Positions 1 to 14,941 of a stretch of 64,000 nucleotides of DNA are shown piece after piece. Position 1 is the stretch's first letter; every line of letters begins with the position of its first letter. Where the stretch lies: NCBI GenBank assembly GCA_951406725.2, contig OX597842.1:3596001-3660000 (forward strand), given 5' to 3'. The position numbers and the translations under genes were made by a program. A model generated the notes under the pieces. That model was not told the DNA's origin, searched no databases, and was given only the letters and a program-made list of their open reading frames with translations. This stretch comes from Octopus vulgaris (lineage: Eukaryota).

Positions 1-147
1 AAATAGAAACTGCTTTGCAATGTGTCATCTTTACGGTGAAGGGCCCTGCCTAAATCATTATGTCTTCCGTCTTCTTCACAGCAAAGACATATCTAAAAAG
101 AAAATTTGTCAGTTCGACTCGTGGTCCCAGCGGACAAAATGGAAAAC

Positions 148-750
148 CGTTACCCCGGAAGATCTCGAGGGAAATGCTCTAGAACAGCCATTCTGACGCA
201 CGAGGATAGCCATCTCCGTCCCCGATAGAGATGAGCAGATGATAAAGGCGGCGAGCTGGCAGAACCGTTAGCACGCCGGGCGAAATGCTTAGCCGTATTT
301 CGTCTGCCGTTACGTTCTGAGTTCAAATTCCGCCGAGGTCGACTTTGCCTTTCATCCCTTTCAGGGTCGATAAATAAAGTACCAGTTTCGCACTGGGGTC
401 GATGTAATTGACTTAATCCGTTTGTCTGTCCTTGTTTGTCCCCTCTATGTTTAGCCCCTTGTGGGCAGTAAGGAAATAGATATATGATCCGGGGACCGAG
501 AACCCCGGAGGTCTCCACCGCCACCGGCTCGACCATAAACGTGTCAGAGAGCGACCGATACTTTGACAGTTTTTCTCAGCCTCACGAGCAGCGGATCCTG
601 GTCTGGTAGCTGAAAACACCAACTCACCAAGTTGCCGTTGGAGACGATGTAACAGCATGTGGTATTCCCGAAGTGGGGACTACCACCACGGAACGAGAAA
701 ATCGTCATACATTCAGGCCTTTTACCTTCCACTCGGTCTAGTTCCCTACC
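148..750 (-). pseudogene. CRE-like non-LTR retrotransposon, C-terminal restriction-like endonuclease remnant, split by a SINE
   Basis: Minus-strand frames give LDRVEGKRPECMTIFSFRGG, GSAAREAEK, VEPVAVETSGVLGP and, beyond the SINE, PRASEWLF*SISLEIFRGN. These resemble the RPDG / AVET.G..G / QRLS..I.RGN motifs of CRE-clade RLE domains. Frameshifted, with a stop. Confidence 0.75.
247..480 (+). mobile_element. tRNA-headed SINE, family B (Meta/Nin-type central domain)
   Basis: Head GGCGGCGAGCTGGCAGAA, B-box-like AGTTCAAATTCC, central GACTTTGCCTTTCATCCCTTTCAGGGTCGATAAATAAAGTACCAG. Related pieces at 16131-16250, 30725-30860 and 36845-36890. Confidence 0.75.
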
Positions 751-829
751 GGGGCACAAGTCCGGGCAATTTTTTTTAATTTTTTATGGAAGACCAGAAG
801 TTACCCATGCCATTATTTATACATAGGGT

Positions 830-1133
830 AAAGAGTAAAGACCCCCTTCGGTCATGAATGACCATCGGATTGCACCTAGAACGTTTTCCTCCAAGGTACA
901 AGTCCGGGCAAGGCTGTTTATGGAAGACCAGCAGTCGCCCATGTATCCAAGGAAAAGACAAAGGGGCCGATACAGCTTGGCACCAGTGACATTGCAACTC
1001 ATTTCTACAAATGAGTGAACTGGAGCAACGTGAAATAAAGTGTCTTGCTGAAGTATGCTACACATAGACCAGTCGAGGAATCGATCTCACTACCTCATGG
1101 TTATGAGCCTGACGCTCTAACCACGGAGCCACT
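830..1133 (-). mobile_element. tRNA/CORE-like SINE (head D, tail type 3)
   Basis: Minus strand reads TGGCTCCGTGGTTAGAGCG...ATCGATTCC...AGCAAGACACTTTATTTCACGTTGCTCCAG, the same body as 37937-38257 but with a different 3' half. Confidence 0.7.
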
Positions 1134-1213
1134 GTCTGCGTCACCGCCAAGATCATCTTCAGCAACGTCATCATTGACATCCTCATCTTCATCCACCAGT
1201 AAAGCTATCACTT

Positions 1214-1249
<36 letters not shown>

Positions 1250-1677
1250 CCACCACCACAACTAACAGCAGCAGCAACAACAGTATCACTCTCCCCCCCG
1301 CCACAACCTCCACCAGCGTTATTATCACCGTCAATACCATCACCAATATCATGGCCCCTGGACCACCACCACCACCGCTACTACATCAATTCCACCATGA
1401 CCACCACCACAACAACTAACGACGATAACACCACCAACGTCAACACCGCAACCATCCCCCCACCACGACCACCACCGCTGATGCGTTGTCCCTCTCGATC
1501 GAGGAACCAAACGAAATTTGACACCTGTCTTTTGTTCTGTCTGATCACGTGACCAACATCCACCCACCCAGCCCGTCTGCACCCCCAACTCTTCTAGTCG
1601 GTTCCTACATGCAATTCCCGTCTCCCTACTTTTCCATTACCTTCTCGAATTACATTTTCTCTGCATCATCTTCACGG

Positions 1678-2600
<923 letters not shown>

Positions 2601-2665
2601 TGATTGTCACTAAAATGTATATGTATGTGTGCTCGGGCACATATATTATTATATATGCCTGTATA

Positions 2666-2797
2666 TCTTTCAGTTTCCGTCAACCAAAGCCACTCACAAG
2701 GCTTTGGTTGGCTCGAGGCTATAGTAGAAGACACTTGCCCAAGGTGCCACACAATGGGACTGAACCCGGAACCATGTGGTTGGCAAGCAAGCTATTT
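2666..2797 (-). mobile_element. SINE family A, 5' half
   Basis: Reverse complement of the head seen at 44690-44852. Confidence 0.85.
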
Positions 2798-3339
2798 AGC
2801 ACATGTATGAATATATGGTATTCATGCACAAGAGAAAACATTTACAATTTTTGGAGCTCATTTTCAACACTTCGTTAAACTCCAAAATATATTATAACTT
2901 CAATGGAATAACCACTACTGAGCATAGTATAGAATGGGCTACAACGAATGCCGAGAGCAAACCATATTCGAAAATGTAGAAGACGATGATAACATTGATA
3001 TTTTTTTAAAATGCTTGGCACCTGTGACGTCGCAGCTCAATTATTAACGTGCAAGTGGCTGAGCAGACCACAGGCACGTGTACCCTTAACGTAGTTCTTG
3101 GGGAGATTCAGCGTGACACAGAGTGTAACAAGGCTGGCCCTTTGAAATACAGGTACAACAGAAAGAGGAAGGAATCACGTAAGAGTGCGAAAATGATTTG
3201 AAGTTAAACTCTGAAGTCTTTACCAAGGACCAAGTCCTCCGGGTAAAAGGTGGCAACAAAAGGAATCCAGGTGAGCCGATATGGAGATAGTAATGGCGAT
3301 AAACATGATTAGACTTTATATATACATATATATATGTAT

Positions 3340-3388
<49 letters not shown>

Positions 3389-3646
3389 CAAAATAATAAA
3401 AAAACATTTTACCTTCGCCCATATAATACAATAAATGAATTAATTGCATTGCAATTCTTAGCATTTATGTATTAGCCTTCTGGCTACTTTACTGGCAGTA
3501 TATTGGATAAATGATATCCCATAGTGGGTTACACTCATAACCCCTATCTCACTTTGTAATATATATATATATGCACACACACGTATATATGTATACATAT
3601 TATTTCATGCAGATATGTGTGTGTGTGCGCGTGTGTGTATGTGTGT

Positions 3647-3697
<51 letters not shown>

Positions 3698-4052
3698 TAG
3701 ATAACATGTACATATGCGTACACATATGAGTTTATCTTCAGGATATGTCTACTATATATAGAGACAGTTATGAGGATAAACAAATTAAATGTCTCTCTCT
3801 CTATATATAAAAGTTTATATGCTTGTACATGTATTTTGTTATATAAATGTACGTATGTATCAATCTGTGTGCATATCTCTCCCCTTCCCCACTTTTCTGT
3901 GTATGTGTATATATGTGTGTGTGTGTGTGTGTATTTATATCTATATATATATATACTATGTATGTACGTATCTATCTCTATGTCTTTCTCTCCCCTACTC
4001 TCAGTCTCTTTATATATATATATAATAATAATAATAGTAATAAATAGTAATG

Positions 4053-4105
<53 letters not shown>

Positions 4106-4175
4106 GGATAAAATTGTTAAAAATTTCATAGACCTATTTTCAGCATATAGGCTAGAATTTTTCTATGCCCTAAAT

Positions 4176-4213
<38 letters not shown>

Positions 4214-4338
4214 GATATGTGTATATGTATATACGTATATTCATATATATCAAACCTAATCGAGTTTATCTGCAACACTGTCTCCACGTATATATATATA
4301 GAGAGAGAGAGAGAAAGAGAGAGATAGACATATACATA

Positions 4339-4398
<60 letters not shown>

Positions 4399-5729
4399 GA
4401 GATAGAGATAGAGAGAGACATAGATGCATATGCATAATACGTAACACCTATCGACTGAGGTAGATTCCCAACTCTGCCTTCCTAAAAGTACATGTGACCG
4501 CGGTAACCTATTTCGGACGAGCTTCAGTTAGAGCAACTCACACTTTGAAGGTTATACTTTGAGAACAAGAAATGGTAAAATGGCAGCGAAATTCTTGCTT
4601 CAGGAAATGGATACAGACGCAGAGACACGAATTCAAAGTAGCAAATGGAGCCGACGGTTTTACAGCAGATACTGGTAATATCCTTAATAGCAGTCCAGAA
4701 ATATCATCACGTTACCATGAGACAGGATGTAGTGGGTAAATTGTATCTTTTTTTCATGATGAGACTTTTGGGAGCTGCTGTTTGGTCGCTGGCGATTTGG
4801 CGGTGCTGAAGTGGACAAAGAACCTATTTTAGCGACAGTATTTTATGATACTGGATGAAAGGACATACACACATTACACATACATCACACACACACATAC
4901 ATTTACACACATTTGCGTGTAGAAATATACACATATTCAGAGAAGAGTAAGTGCGTGTATAAATATATACACATGCAGATAAAGAATGAGAGAACGAAAG
5001 GAAGAGAGAGAGAGAGAATAGCTTAAGAATATAGTGATTAAGCATAATCGATACAAACGCTTTCCTTCTTCTCTTGGTGCTCCAGCATGGCAGTACCCAT
5101 GTGGTTGAAACTGGTAAGTTAGAAATATAAATGGATATACTCATAGGCGTAGAGAGAGAGGGGGAAGGAGAGGGAGGGAGAGAGACAGACAGACAGACAG
5201 GCAGAGATAGGGGCAGAGAGTGAGTGAGGAATGACAGAAAGAAAGAGAGAGAGAGAGAAAGAAAGAGAGAAAGAGAAAGAAAGCGGGAGAGGTGGTGCGA
5301 GAGACAGAGCACGATTGACTTAAAAATTTTTCCTGTCGTCATACACATAAGGAGAATTTGTGCTGACACACTTAAAAAGAGAGAGAGAGAGCAAGATACG
5401 GAGATATGGAGAGAAAGAGAGACACAGAGAGATAGAGTAAAGGAAAGGAGAGATAGAGACACTACAATTTCTTAATTGAAAACGATTGACAACACTTTCT
5501 CTCTCCTCATAAACATGAAGGTAAATATGTTGACACACATTAAGAGAGAAAGAGTTAGACAGAGAGACAGGGAGAGGGGGAAAGAGAGACAGGGAGAGGG
5601 GGAAAGAGAGACAGAGACACTACAATTAGAAATTGAACATAAGACACATAAACAAATTCCTTCTCCTCAGATGCATAAATAGAAATGTATTCACACTGAT
5701 AAAAATAGAAAAAGAAAGAGAAAGTGAGC

Positions 5730-5760
<31 letters not shown>

Positions 5761-7173
5761 GAGAGTAAACGAGAAGCATGAGAATTAGACAAATTTTAAA
5801 ACGAGAGAAACGTTAGAACGTGCCATGTGAAATAAGCTAACGTCGAGTCGGCGGCGCCAAAACGGCTATACCCGAATGTCTCATACGCATCTTTCCTACA
5901 AGGTTGTGAAAGGGAAAAACGTTGCTTGGGAGTAGTAAAAGTGTTAATAAATACTCGGAAGACTTTCCTTTATGGGATGGCCATCAATCCGCAGGTAGGG
6001 GACATTTACATGACGCAGTCATATGAAAACCTGTGACCTCGTGGTTACGGTGTTTGGCTCATGAACATAGAATCTTCAGTTCGATTCCTGGAGCGGGTAC
6101 GGTTATGTCCTTGATCCCGACACATCATTTCGCATTGCTTCAGTCTATTCAGCTGCAAATGAGTACCATCCGGGTGCAGCTCACCCACCCACCGCGGTCA
6201 CCGTATGCTGGATGTTGCGCTTGGTCAATGCTTATCTATGTCTGTTTGTAAACAATTAGAGAAATCTCTGTCCATGTCACCAGGTCATACTTGCTCGAAA
6301 GTGAAGGCTGGCTCTAATGTGAACTCAACTGTACATGACGTAGTTGCATAGAAAAAGGGCCCCTTGCGTCTGAAGAGGTTTGAGTAATAGCTGTGAAAGT
6401 CCAGAGCTAACAATACATTGGTCCCGTAAAAGGCTTATCAACCACTCTGCGGGCGGCACAGTTTTCTTTCGTCCGTCTACGAGCGATATTTAGATATCGC
6501 TCGTGACGGACGAAAGAAAACTTGGCAAAACTTTCAAAGAAAGGTTTAGTCCTGACCAGAGGTTACAATCGCTCATAACACGACAGAGAAACAGTGATGG
6601 GGAATGTTTATACCAACACTTATGTAAAGTAGAACCTCAGCAGACCAGACATAACGTTTTGGTATTTGAAAATTTATTCACAATGATATAAACGAATGCC
6701 CCAGTAGATGTTAACAAAGTGGTTCTGAAAAACACTGTGCCAAAGTTAGCAGATTCAATATGCGGTTAATAGCGTTAGATAAATAAGTAGAGTAATTTAT
6801 TTTGGACCAACATCAAGGCATAATGTCTGAGGATAAGAAAAAAAATATGAATCAGAGGTCGTAACAGATGTTAAACAGAATTTCTCAAAAATACATCCGT
6901 GACGAAATTTATAGATTCGATACCCAGTTAGTAGCTTAAGATTTATATCCAGAGAGCAGAGTGGCGCATTTTGCACAAACATGATTTAGGTTTCTGGAAA
7001 AGAAATTCTACTCAATAAGATACAATAGTGGTTCCAGCAGATGTTGATTTAGTATTGCTGAAAAACTCATTTGTAATGCAATTTACGGATGTAACAAGTC
7101 AACATCTTCAGATTTTTACATGCAATTATTTGAGCAGTTGCTTAGATAAGTACCGCAGTACGAAGCAGAAACG

Positions 7174-7228
<55 letters not shown>

Positions 7229-7241
7229 GTATATATATATA

Positions 7242-7876
7242 TAGTCATCCCATATAAATGATGCTGTTTTTTTATACTTTTATTTTTCAGAATTAAGATA
7301 AACAAAGTTCTTTTTTAATCTAAAATATGCTCTCCTTCATTTTCTACAATGCTCTTCCATCTGTCTGGTAGACTTGCAAGGCCCCTCTTCCAAAATTCAC
7401 TTCACCGTGACGAAAAATACTCCTCCAGTACTGTTCTGAACTCGTCTACAAAATTCATATTTTTTCCATCCAAATGATTTTGAAGACAGCAGATTTTCAG
7501 ATAGAGTAACGAGTGGCGCGTCATTTCCCATTAAAACTGATCCAGCCTTTGGAATGTCAACCTCGCTGTATATTAGCGGGCATTAGAAGAACACCTTTCT
7601 CTGCATTAATATTCCCCACACTTTCCGTTGTGTTGTTGCCTTTATTGAAAGCAAAATATGCCGAATACGCTCCTTTGTGACTTCCATTATAGCTTTGAAA
7701 AAACAACTGTTAAAATCGAACTTCACGCTTCAAAACTTGCACTAAGAATAAGCACAGTGTAAAATTACTACCTGCTTTTATAGCAAGTTGATGCAGGTAG
7801 TTTAACCCATCTCATCTCCCTCCCATTTTTATTTCATGCAGTTGAAAAAAACTGCATTCTTTATGAGATGACCTAA
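7242..7876 (-). mobile_element. Internally deleted mariner element with TIRs
   Basis: Termini TAGTCATCCCATATAAATGATGCTGTTTTTT and AAAAAAACTGCATTCTTTATGAGATGACCTA are inverted. The minus strand encodes EFWKRGLASLPDRWKSIVENEGEHILD*, a mariner transposase C-terminus. Same family as 45284-45925. Confidence 0.85.
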
Positions 7877-7897
7877 CATATATATACATATATATAC

Positions 7898-7942
<45 letters not shown>

Positions 7943-8139
7943 CATACATGCATGCATACATACATACATACATACATACATACATACATACATACATACA
8001 TACACACACGCGCGCGCGCACGCACACACATATAATATATTTATGATCCAAATATAAAAAAAAATTATTTCAACACCCTTTTAATAATCAGTTACAACTT
8101 TCTGTTCGAACTCTGCTATCAATGTCTGTTCAGGCAGAA

Positions 8140-8278
8140 GTATGTATGTATGTATGTATGTATGTATGTATGTATGTATGTATGTATGTATGTATGTATG
8201 TATGTATGTATGAATGAATGAATGAATGAATGAATGAATGTATGTATGTATGTATGTATGTATGTATGTATGTATGTA

Positions 8279-8311
<33 letters not shown>

Positions 8312-8324
8312 GTGTGTGTGTGTA

Positions 8325-8361
<37 letters not shown>

Positions 8362-8431
8362 ATGTATGTATGTATGTATGTATGTATGTATGTATGTATG
8401 TGTGTATTATGTATGTATGTATGTATGTATG

Positions 8432-8460
<29 letters not shown>
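8140..8460. repeat. (TATG)n/(TG)n/(TGAA)n microsatellite
   Basis: Direct reading. Confidence 0.95.
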
Positions 8461-8462
<2 letters not shown>

Positions 8463-8542
8463 CAAGGTAAACGGCGACATGTCTCACATATCAGTACGTG
8501 ATAACCCGATTCATCATTTCTTCTGAACTCAGAAGGATTGAA

Positions 8543-8968
8543 GGATTCCTAAGCAGATGCTCTATGGAGAACTTGTGAATGGAAGGAGACTGCGGTAGAA
8601 ACCAAGGCTGCCATTTAAGGACTGTGTCAAGTCCTCATTAAAGGCCTTTGATATGCAGGACACCAACTGGGAGAACAGTGCCTGTCATCGCCACAGATGG
8701 AGGAAGCAGGTTAAGGAGAGGATCGACACTTTTGAGAGAGCATGTATCCAGCATGAAGAACTTAAGCGAGCTGCGCGAAAGCGCACGGCTCTTATAGTGA
8801 ATGAGGAAAGCTTGGTCTGCAATGTTTGCAGTTGTGTATGCTTGTCAAGAGCAGGGCTCATTAGCCACCAACGGAGCCGCAAATGCAAAATATAAGTTAG
8901 TCCTAGAGCGCACAATGTTCCTGAAGGTCGGCAATGGTCTTCCTCGGTCACGAGTGGACGGCCATCAT
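8543..8968 (+). pseudogene. RTE-clade LINE 3' end (post-RT region plus C2H2 zinc finger)
   Basis: RIPKQMLYGELVNGRRLR*KPRLPFKDCVKSSLKAF...WENSACHRHRWRKQV...CNVCSCVCLSRAGLISHQRS, followed by a short 3' UTR. Confidence 0.85.
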
Positions 8969-9084
8969 GTATGTAAGTATCAATTCAAATAACTATATAA
9001 TAAAAAAAATTAACCATAACAGACAATGAGAGTATATGTACATGGAATGTATTAGCTTGACACTCAGTAAAAGAAGAGAGTTAT

Positions 9085-9115
9085 TGACGTTTTGAGCGTA
9101 GCTCTTCATCAGAAA
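9085..9115 (-). ncRNA. Minimal type-I hammerhead-like motif (degenerate), PLE-type end
   Basis: Minus strand CTGATGA-a-GAGC-tac-GCTC-AAAAC-GTC; the core GAAA has become AAAA. Confidence 0.5.
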
Positions 9116-9453
9116 GGAGAAATGGAAAAGTCCAAATAAGGAAAAGAAATCGCCAACAGCAGATGTAGAGTTACATATATTTACCGACCATCGACGTGAG
9201 AAGGTGCATGTTTGGTATAAAACTATATTTATTGATTTCTGGCATGGGCACAATATTTCGTTTTACAGCCATAATATACTACCATGTTTATTACGGGTTC
9301 CCGAGTCAATATTGTCTTTCTTTGTGTTAGCAGTGCGATATTCTCACTTTCAAGTTTATTTCTTTAGAGATGTTCTATAGATTCCCGAGCGAGCACTGTC
9401 AGTTGCAACATTTCGGAAACGTATGTATACACACGTATGTATGCAAACAGATA

Positions 9454-9505
<52 letters not shown>

Positions 9506-9585
9506 TTTGCGAAACGTCGTAACCTCCACAGCTTGCTCTGAATTCTATGGAATATCTATAGAGAAAATCTTGAATATATTATTTT

Positions 9586-9978
9586 ATTCTTTTACTTGTT
9601 TCAGTCATTTGACTGCGACCAAGCTGGAGCACCGCCTTTAGTCGAACAAATCAACCCCAGGACTTATTCTTTGTAAGCTTTGTACTTATTCTATCGGTCT
9701 TTTTTGCCGAACCGCTACTTTACTTAGTTGTAAACACACCAACATCGGTTGTCAAGCGATGTTTGGGGTGACAAATACAGACATACAAACATATACATAT
9801 ATATCTATGTATATTCGACGGGCTTCTTTCAGTTTCCGTCTACCAGATCCACTCACAAGGCTTTGGTCGGCCCGAGGCTATAGTAGAAGGCACTTGCCCA
9901 TGGTGTCACACAGTGGGACTGAACCCGGAACCATGTGGCTGGGAAGCAAACTTCCTACCACACAGCCGCTCCTGCGCC
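9586..9978 (-). mobile_element. SINE family A, full length
   Basis: Reverse complement of 44690-45085 over its whole length, including the internal (TA/TG) tract. Confidence 0.9.
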
Positions 9979-10102
9979 TATATATTCGTTTCATACGCAA
10001 TGAATGCCTTCTCCGACATCAATACCAAAATTACTGATCTTACATTAAATAAGAGGTTATTTCCCTGATTATATTCACGGAAGTAACAATTTGGTCCCAT
10101 TT

Positions 10103-10476
10103 CGCAATGGCCCAGTGGTTAGGGCAGCGGACTCGCGGTCGTAGGATCGCGGTTTCGATTCCCAGACCGGGCGTTGTGAGTGTTTATTGAGCGAAAACAC
10201 CTAAAGCTCCACGAGGCTCCGGCAGGGGATGGTGGTGATCCCTGCTGTACTCTTTCACCACAACTTTCTCTCACTCTTACTTCCTGTTTCTGTTGTACCT
10301 GTATTTCAAAGGGCCGGCCTTGTCACTCTCTCTGTGTCACGCTGAATATCCCCGAGAACTACGTTAAGGGTACACGTGTCTGTGGAGTGCTCAGCCACTT
10401 ACACGTTAATTTCACGAGCACTCTGTTCCGTTGATCGGATCAACTGGAACCCTCGTCGTCGTAACCGACGGAGTGC
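10103..10476 (+). mobile_element. tRNA-headed SINE family C (head C, tail type 1)
   Basis: A box TGGCCCAGTGG, B box GGTTTCGATTCCC. Second copy at 34240-34595 (-); tail fragment at 3040-3165 (-). Confidence 0.85.
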
Positions 10477-10813
10477 TTCCATCCAATGATTATCCATCTG
10501 GAATGTGAATCTAAAATGGCGGAATGTAGAAAAATAATATGGCTGGATTCTACAGTAGCGCTTCTGAACACATATTGAAGTAAGACACCGTAAAGACAAG
10601 AACACACATTTCATGTTACATGTACATATGCAGACATGCAGACATGACATATATACAAACATACGTACATGCATAATACATACATACGTATATGTATACT
10701 TACATACATATATGTAACGTAAATATACATGCGCATATACATAAACATGTGCATACACACATACACACATATACGCTAATACAAGCATACACACGTATGC
10801 ATGCAAGCAGATT

Positions 10814-10886
<73 letters not shown>

Positions 10887-10948
10887 ATATATCAGTGGTC
10901 CTTTGTTTTCTTCTTTCTTATTTGTGTCTTTCCTTACTAACCGTCAGC

Positions 10949-10998
<50 letters not shown>

Positions 10999-11460
10999 GC
11001 ATACATACATGCATACATAAACAGACAAAATATATAAATACATGTATATACACATACAGACACGTATATAGAACCACGTATACATTTATATACGTACACA
11101 CATATATACGTTTAATCATAGACATACGTCCACATTTATTCGTTCATACTCAGACACACACACAGACGTGTATGTATATATATGCGTACATAAATGCATA
11201 TATACGCGTAAAATAAGTAGGTACACATATCTTCTTTCACTTTCTTTTACTTGACGTCAGTAATTAAAATGTGGTCATGCTGGGGCACCACCTTTAATTT
11301 TTCTCGAACGAATCGGGTCTGGTACCTATTCTATCAGTCCCTTTTACTGAGTTACGGGGATGTAAATACACCAACAAAGGTTGTCAAGCAGTGGCGGAAG
11401 GACAAACACAGACACAAGGACATTCGCATACACACACACACACACAAACAAACTCACATC

Positions 11461-11494
<34 letters not shown>

Positions 11495-11760
11495 CACATA
11501 GGAGGGGCGTCTTTTAGTTTCTGTCAACCGAATCCACTAACAAGGGCTTTGTTGGCCGAAGGCTATATTAGAAGACATCTACCCAAGGTTCCCCGGAGTG
11601 GGACTGAACCCAGAACCATGTGGTTGGGAGGCAAGCTTTTTACCACATATAAACAGTTACTTTTGAGTTTACCTCAATAGATTTTCCATATAATTATAGA
11701 CTATATACCTTGTACTGCAGCTTACGACATTTTGTATACAAATACTTCCATGTAAACAAT

Positions 11761-12190
11761 GCAATCAGAGATAGAAACATAGGTAATGAATGTATATACA
11801 TATTTCAAGACTTATTGCTCTTTCATCAGCACCACATCAAACCCATCAACCATCCATGAACACATTACTAAATTTAGAGGTATAACACTATCTGAACGAC
11901 CAAATTAAATATTAAACACATTCCTGGCAACTTTACATACATATTAAATGCTGGCAAAGAAACCGTATTTCGTTTTGGATGCATAATATACTACCAAGTA
12001 TATTAAAGACTTACAAGTCAATATTGAGCCTTGCTCTATAGATTTCAGAAAATAGGTAATGAGTGTATACGTTACAGCACTAAACTTGTTCGTGGATAAT
12101 TGATGAGTTGCGTGTGGTACTGATGAAAGAGCAATAACTCTTGAAATATGCATATACAGTCTTTACCTACTTAGTTATCTTCAATCGCAT
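11761..12190. mobile_element. Foldback element with ~95-bp inverted arms, each carrying a hammerhead motif (PLE-derived)
   Basis: 12116-12160 (+) reads CTGATGA-AAGAG-caataa-CTCTT-GAAA-TATGCATAT-A; an inverted, diverged copy lies at 11789-11833 (-). Confidence 0.7.
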
Positions 12191-12672
12191 TCTTTGCATA
12201 GTCTATTCGATTACAAAATGTCGTAACTTGCTGCGCTGGTTCTGAATTCTATAGAGAATCTATAAACTTAATAGTGAGAAAATCGCATTGCTAACACAAG
12301 AGCAAGGCAAATTATTGACTCGTCGACCTTTAATATACTTCGTAATATATCATGGTTTCAAGATGGAATACAGCGTCCTTGCAAGCAATTAATAGATTTA
12401 CTTGTCTAAAACGATTGTGTTGCAGTTATGCTGAGACAGAACCTGAAGTTCAAGTCTTTTACATGGAATATATCGATATCCAGAATGTTGATTGGTGAAT
12501 ATATTATCGATCTGGTAAGATGTGCGACTCTAGAAAAGGGTCAGGAAGGAAACTGGGATGGTCAGAAGAACTGGTTAGTACCAGTATGAGGTATTTCTGT
12601 CCAAATGCATCGGTTATACAACACACACACACACACACACACTTATATACATACATACGTATATACATACAC

Positions 12673-12704
<32 letters not shown>

Positions 12705-13005
12705 ATTGCATACTTTTGCAATACGACATACTTAGACGCAAATACGCGATATATATACATACCCCCACTCATATATATACACCTATATGTACGCATATAT
12801 ATAGACCACACACATGCATTATACATATATATATATATATACATACACACATCTACATTTTCACTTTTTCACAAACACACACACGCATATATACCAATAT
12901 ATATATATATGTACTCCAACGCATATACATATACACCTACATATTCATGTACACACATACATACATACATACATACATACATACATACATACATACATAC
13001 ATACA

Positions 13006-13037
<32 letters not shown>

Positions 13038-13629
13038 CATACATACACACACATACATACATACATACATACATACACACATACATACATACATACATAC
13101 ATACATACATACATACATACATACATACATACATACACACATACACGCACACACACACACACACACACATACACACACACGCACACACGCACACACCACT
13201 CACCCATATATTATGCATATTTCTGTAAACAATCTGACATTCTGGAATGACCGAATACTATGTCTTGCCTGCCTGTCTGCATCACACACAATGTCCCCCC
13301 CCCCCCCACACCTGACCCCCGACCCCACCCGCCTCCGACCTCATTTGCATAAAGCGTCTGTGGGCCGAGGCGTGAGGCAGAGTTTCATTGTTTTGGCAGT
13401 CACGCAAGCGCCCCCTATATCACTGACACAGTTCAGGAAGTACAACGGACAATTTTCACGAGATCAGCATCATCATCATCATCACCATCATCATCAACAA
13501 CAACAACAACAACAACTACAACAACAACAACAACAACAACAACAACAGCCACAACAATAACAATAAAACTGTGATTAAATATTAAAATAAAACAAACACA
13601 GGACTAGCAAAAAAATATACATAAAAATG

Positions 13630-14455
13630 CGTTTGGTGTATGTATATGTATGTGTATATGTATGTATGAATATGTCTGTGTGTGTTATGGTATATGTATG
13701 TTTACATGTGTGCGTGTATGTACGTGCGTATATTTGTATATATGCATGTATTTGTGTCTGTATTTGTGCATATGTGTGTATGTGAATATGTGTGTATATG
13801 TGGGTATATGCATGTATGTGTGTGTATAAGTGGGTGTATTTTTGTATGCATTTGTGTGTGTTTGTATATGTGTGTTTATGCTTATATTTGTGTATATGTT
13901 TGTATACATGCATATGCATTTGTGCCAGCATTTTTGTGTCTGTTTGTATGCATTTGCTTGTATATATGTGCATGTGTATATAATTGTGTATATGTATATA
14001 TTTGTATATGTTTGTATATATATGTGCATATATGTGTATATATCTTTGTCAATTTGTGTGTACGTATGTATATGTGTAAATGTATGTGTATGTGTCCATT
14101 TGTGCGTAAATGTATATATGTATATATGTTTGTGTGTATATGTGTATTTGTTTGCATGTATTTGAGTGTCTGTTTCTACACACATGTGTGTATGCTTTTG
14201 TGTATGTATATGTGTGTATATATGTGTATGTATGCGCATGTGTGTGTGTCATTGTGTGTATATTTGTCCATGTGTATATGTGCATATATGCGCATATTTG
14301 TATGTCCGTGTGTAGGTGTGTATATGTCTGGATGTACATAAGTTTGTATACGTACGTGAGCGTGTGTGTGTGTATGTGTGCGTGTGTGTGTATGTATGTG
14401 TGTGTGTGTATGTGTGTGTGTGTGTGCGTGTGTGTGTGTATGTGTTGATGTGTGT
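13630..14455. repeat. Degenerate (TG/TA)n low-complexity tract
   Basis: Direct reading. Confidence 0.9.
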
Positions 14456-14613
14456 TGCACCAATAAAAAGGTGTCTGTTCTATGATAATCCGCCACCCAA
14501 ACCGGTACCGCCGCTAGTGGCCTCTCTACCTTCTATACCTCTCACGCCCAGTACCATCATTAATACCACCACCACCACTACTACCACTACCACCACTACT
14601 ACCACTACCACCA

Positions 14614-14899
14614 CGTATGCTGACACGGTTCTACCACGTCTTAGTTCGCGTGGGATGCCGCTCGAGACTCCCAGTTTCCGCAGTAATAGCTCTAGAGACA
14701 TTCCATACAGAAGAGACGAGGAGAGGACACCATTGGTGGACTGAGCGGATGATGCTGAAAGGCTCCGATAGGTAACCATTCACTCGAACTACAGACCAGA
14801 TGTCGCTGTACATTGCCGTCAGAATAGCCGCCAAATATTAGTGGTCGACCCTATCGATTGATCTAATTTGATCAGAGCTCCACCCAAGTTAGCATACAC

Positions 14900-14941
<42 letters not shown>

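Noticed and set aside
10103-10175. tRNA-like sequences with A and B boxes (also 37940, 42400, 53660)
   Set aside because: They continue into shared SINE bodies and lack a proper acceptor stem, so they are SINE heads rather than tRNA genes.
12605-14500. ORFs of 100-250 aa rich in YI/HT/CV/MYVC, including the poly-Q end at 13465-13560
   Set aside because: Translations of dinucleotide, tetranucleotide and (CAA)n microsatellites; no splice or homology support.
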